Positions 63,901 to 64,000 of a stretch of 64,000 bases of DNA are shown piece by piece; the first letter of the stretch is position 1, and each line of letters opens with the position of its first letter. The position numbers and the translations under genes are program-made. Location: positions 248,001 through 312,000 of the forward strand of contig JAQGDQ010000234.1 in NCBI GenBank assembly GCA_030141605.1. The letters are read 5' to 3'. Under the pieces are notes generated by a model. The model was given only the letters and a program-made list of their open reading frames with translations, was not told the DNA's origin and ran no database searches. This DNA comes from Tubiluchus corallicola (lineage: Eukaryota > Animalia > Priapulida).

Positions 63901-64000
63901 TTTAATGTGCAATAATAATGTAAATGAAAAAAGACAAGTATAGTGATGTAATAAACACTTAAATACTGTCATAAGTTTGTAAGCTATTATAATGTATTTT

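Overview
AT-rich eukaryotic (invertebrate animal-like) genomic DNA with GT-AG introns and many decayed transposons; not prokaryotic. Seven protein-coding genes were reconstructed by hand: the 3' end of an AidB/ACDH-11-like acyl-CoA dehydrogenase ending in -SKL (+); an intronless ZMPSTE24 (-); a 15-exon IFT81 (+); a 2-exon PIGZ (-); a 5-exon TauD-family Fe(II)/2-oxoglutarate dioxygenase (-); an intronless LRR1 (-); and the first 12 coding exons of SAS-6 (+, runs off the window). Repeats include decayed CR1/L2-type LINEs, pogo/Tigger-type elements with TA target duplications, a Harbinger-like MITE with a TTA duplication, an unclassified TIR family, an LTR-like fragment and tandem repeats. Most notable: (i) twice, an intronless housekeeping gene sits head-to-head with an intron-rich cilium/centriole gene, and each candidate shared promoter is split by a DNA transposon; (ii) all six genes with a visible start have a splice acceptor 1-77 nt before the ATG (5'UTR introns, or possibly SL trans-splicing); (iii) a bacterial-style taurine dioxygenase homologue carries spliceosomal introns. 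Exon coordinates are manual, promoter calls are inferences, and no database search was run.
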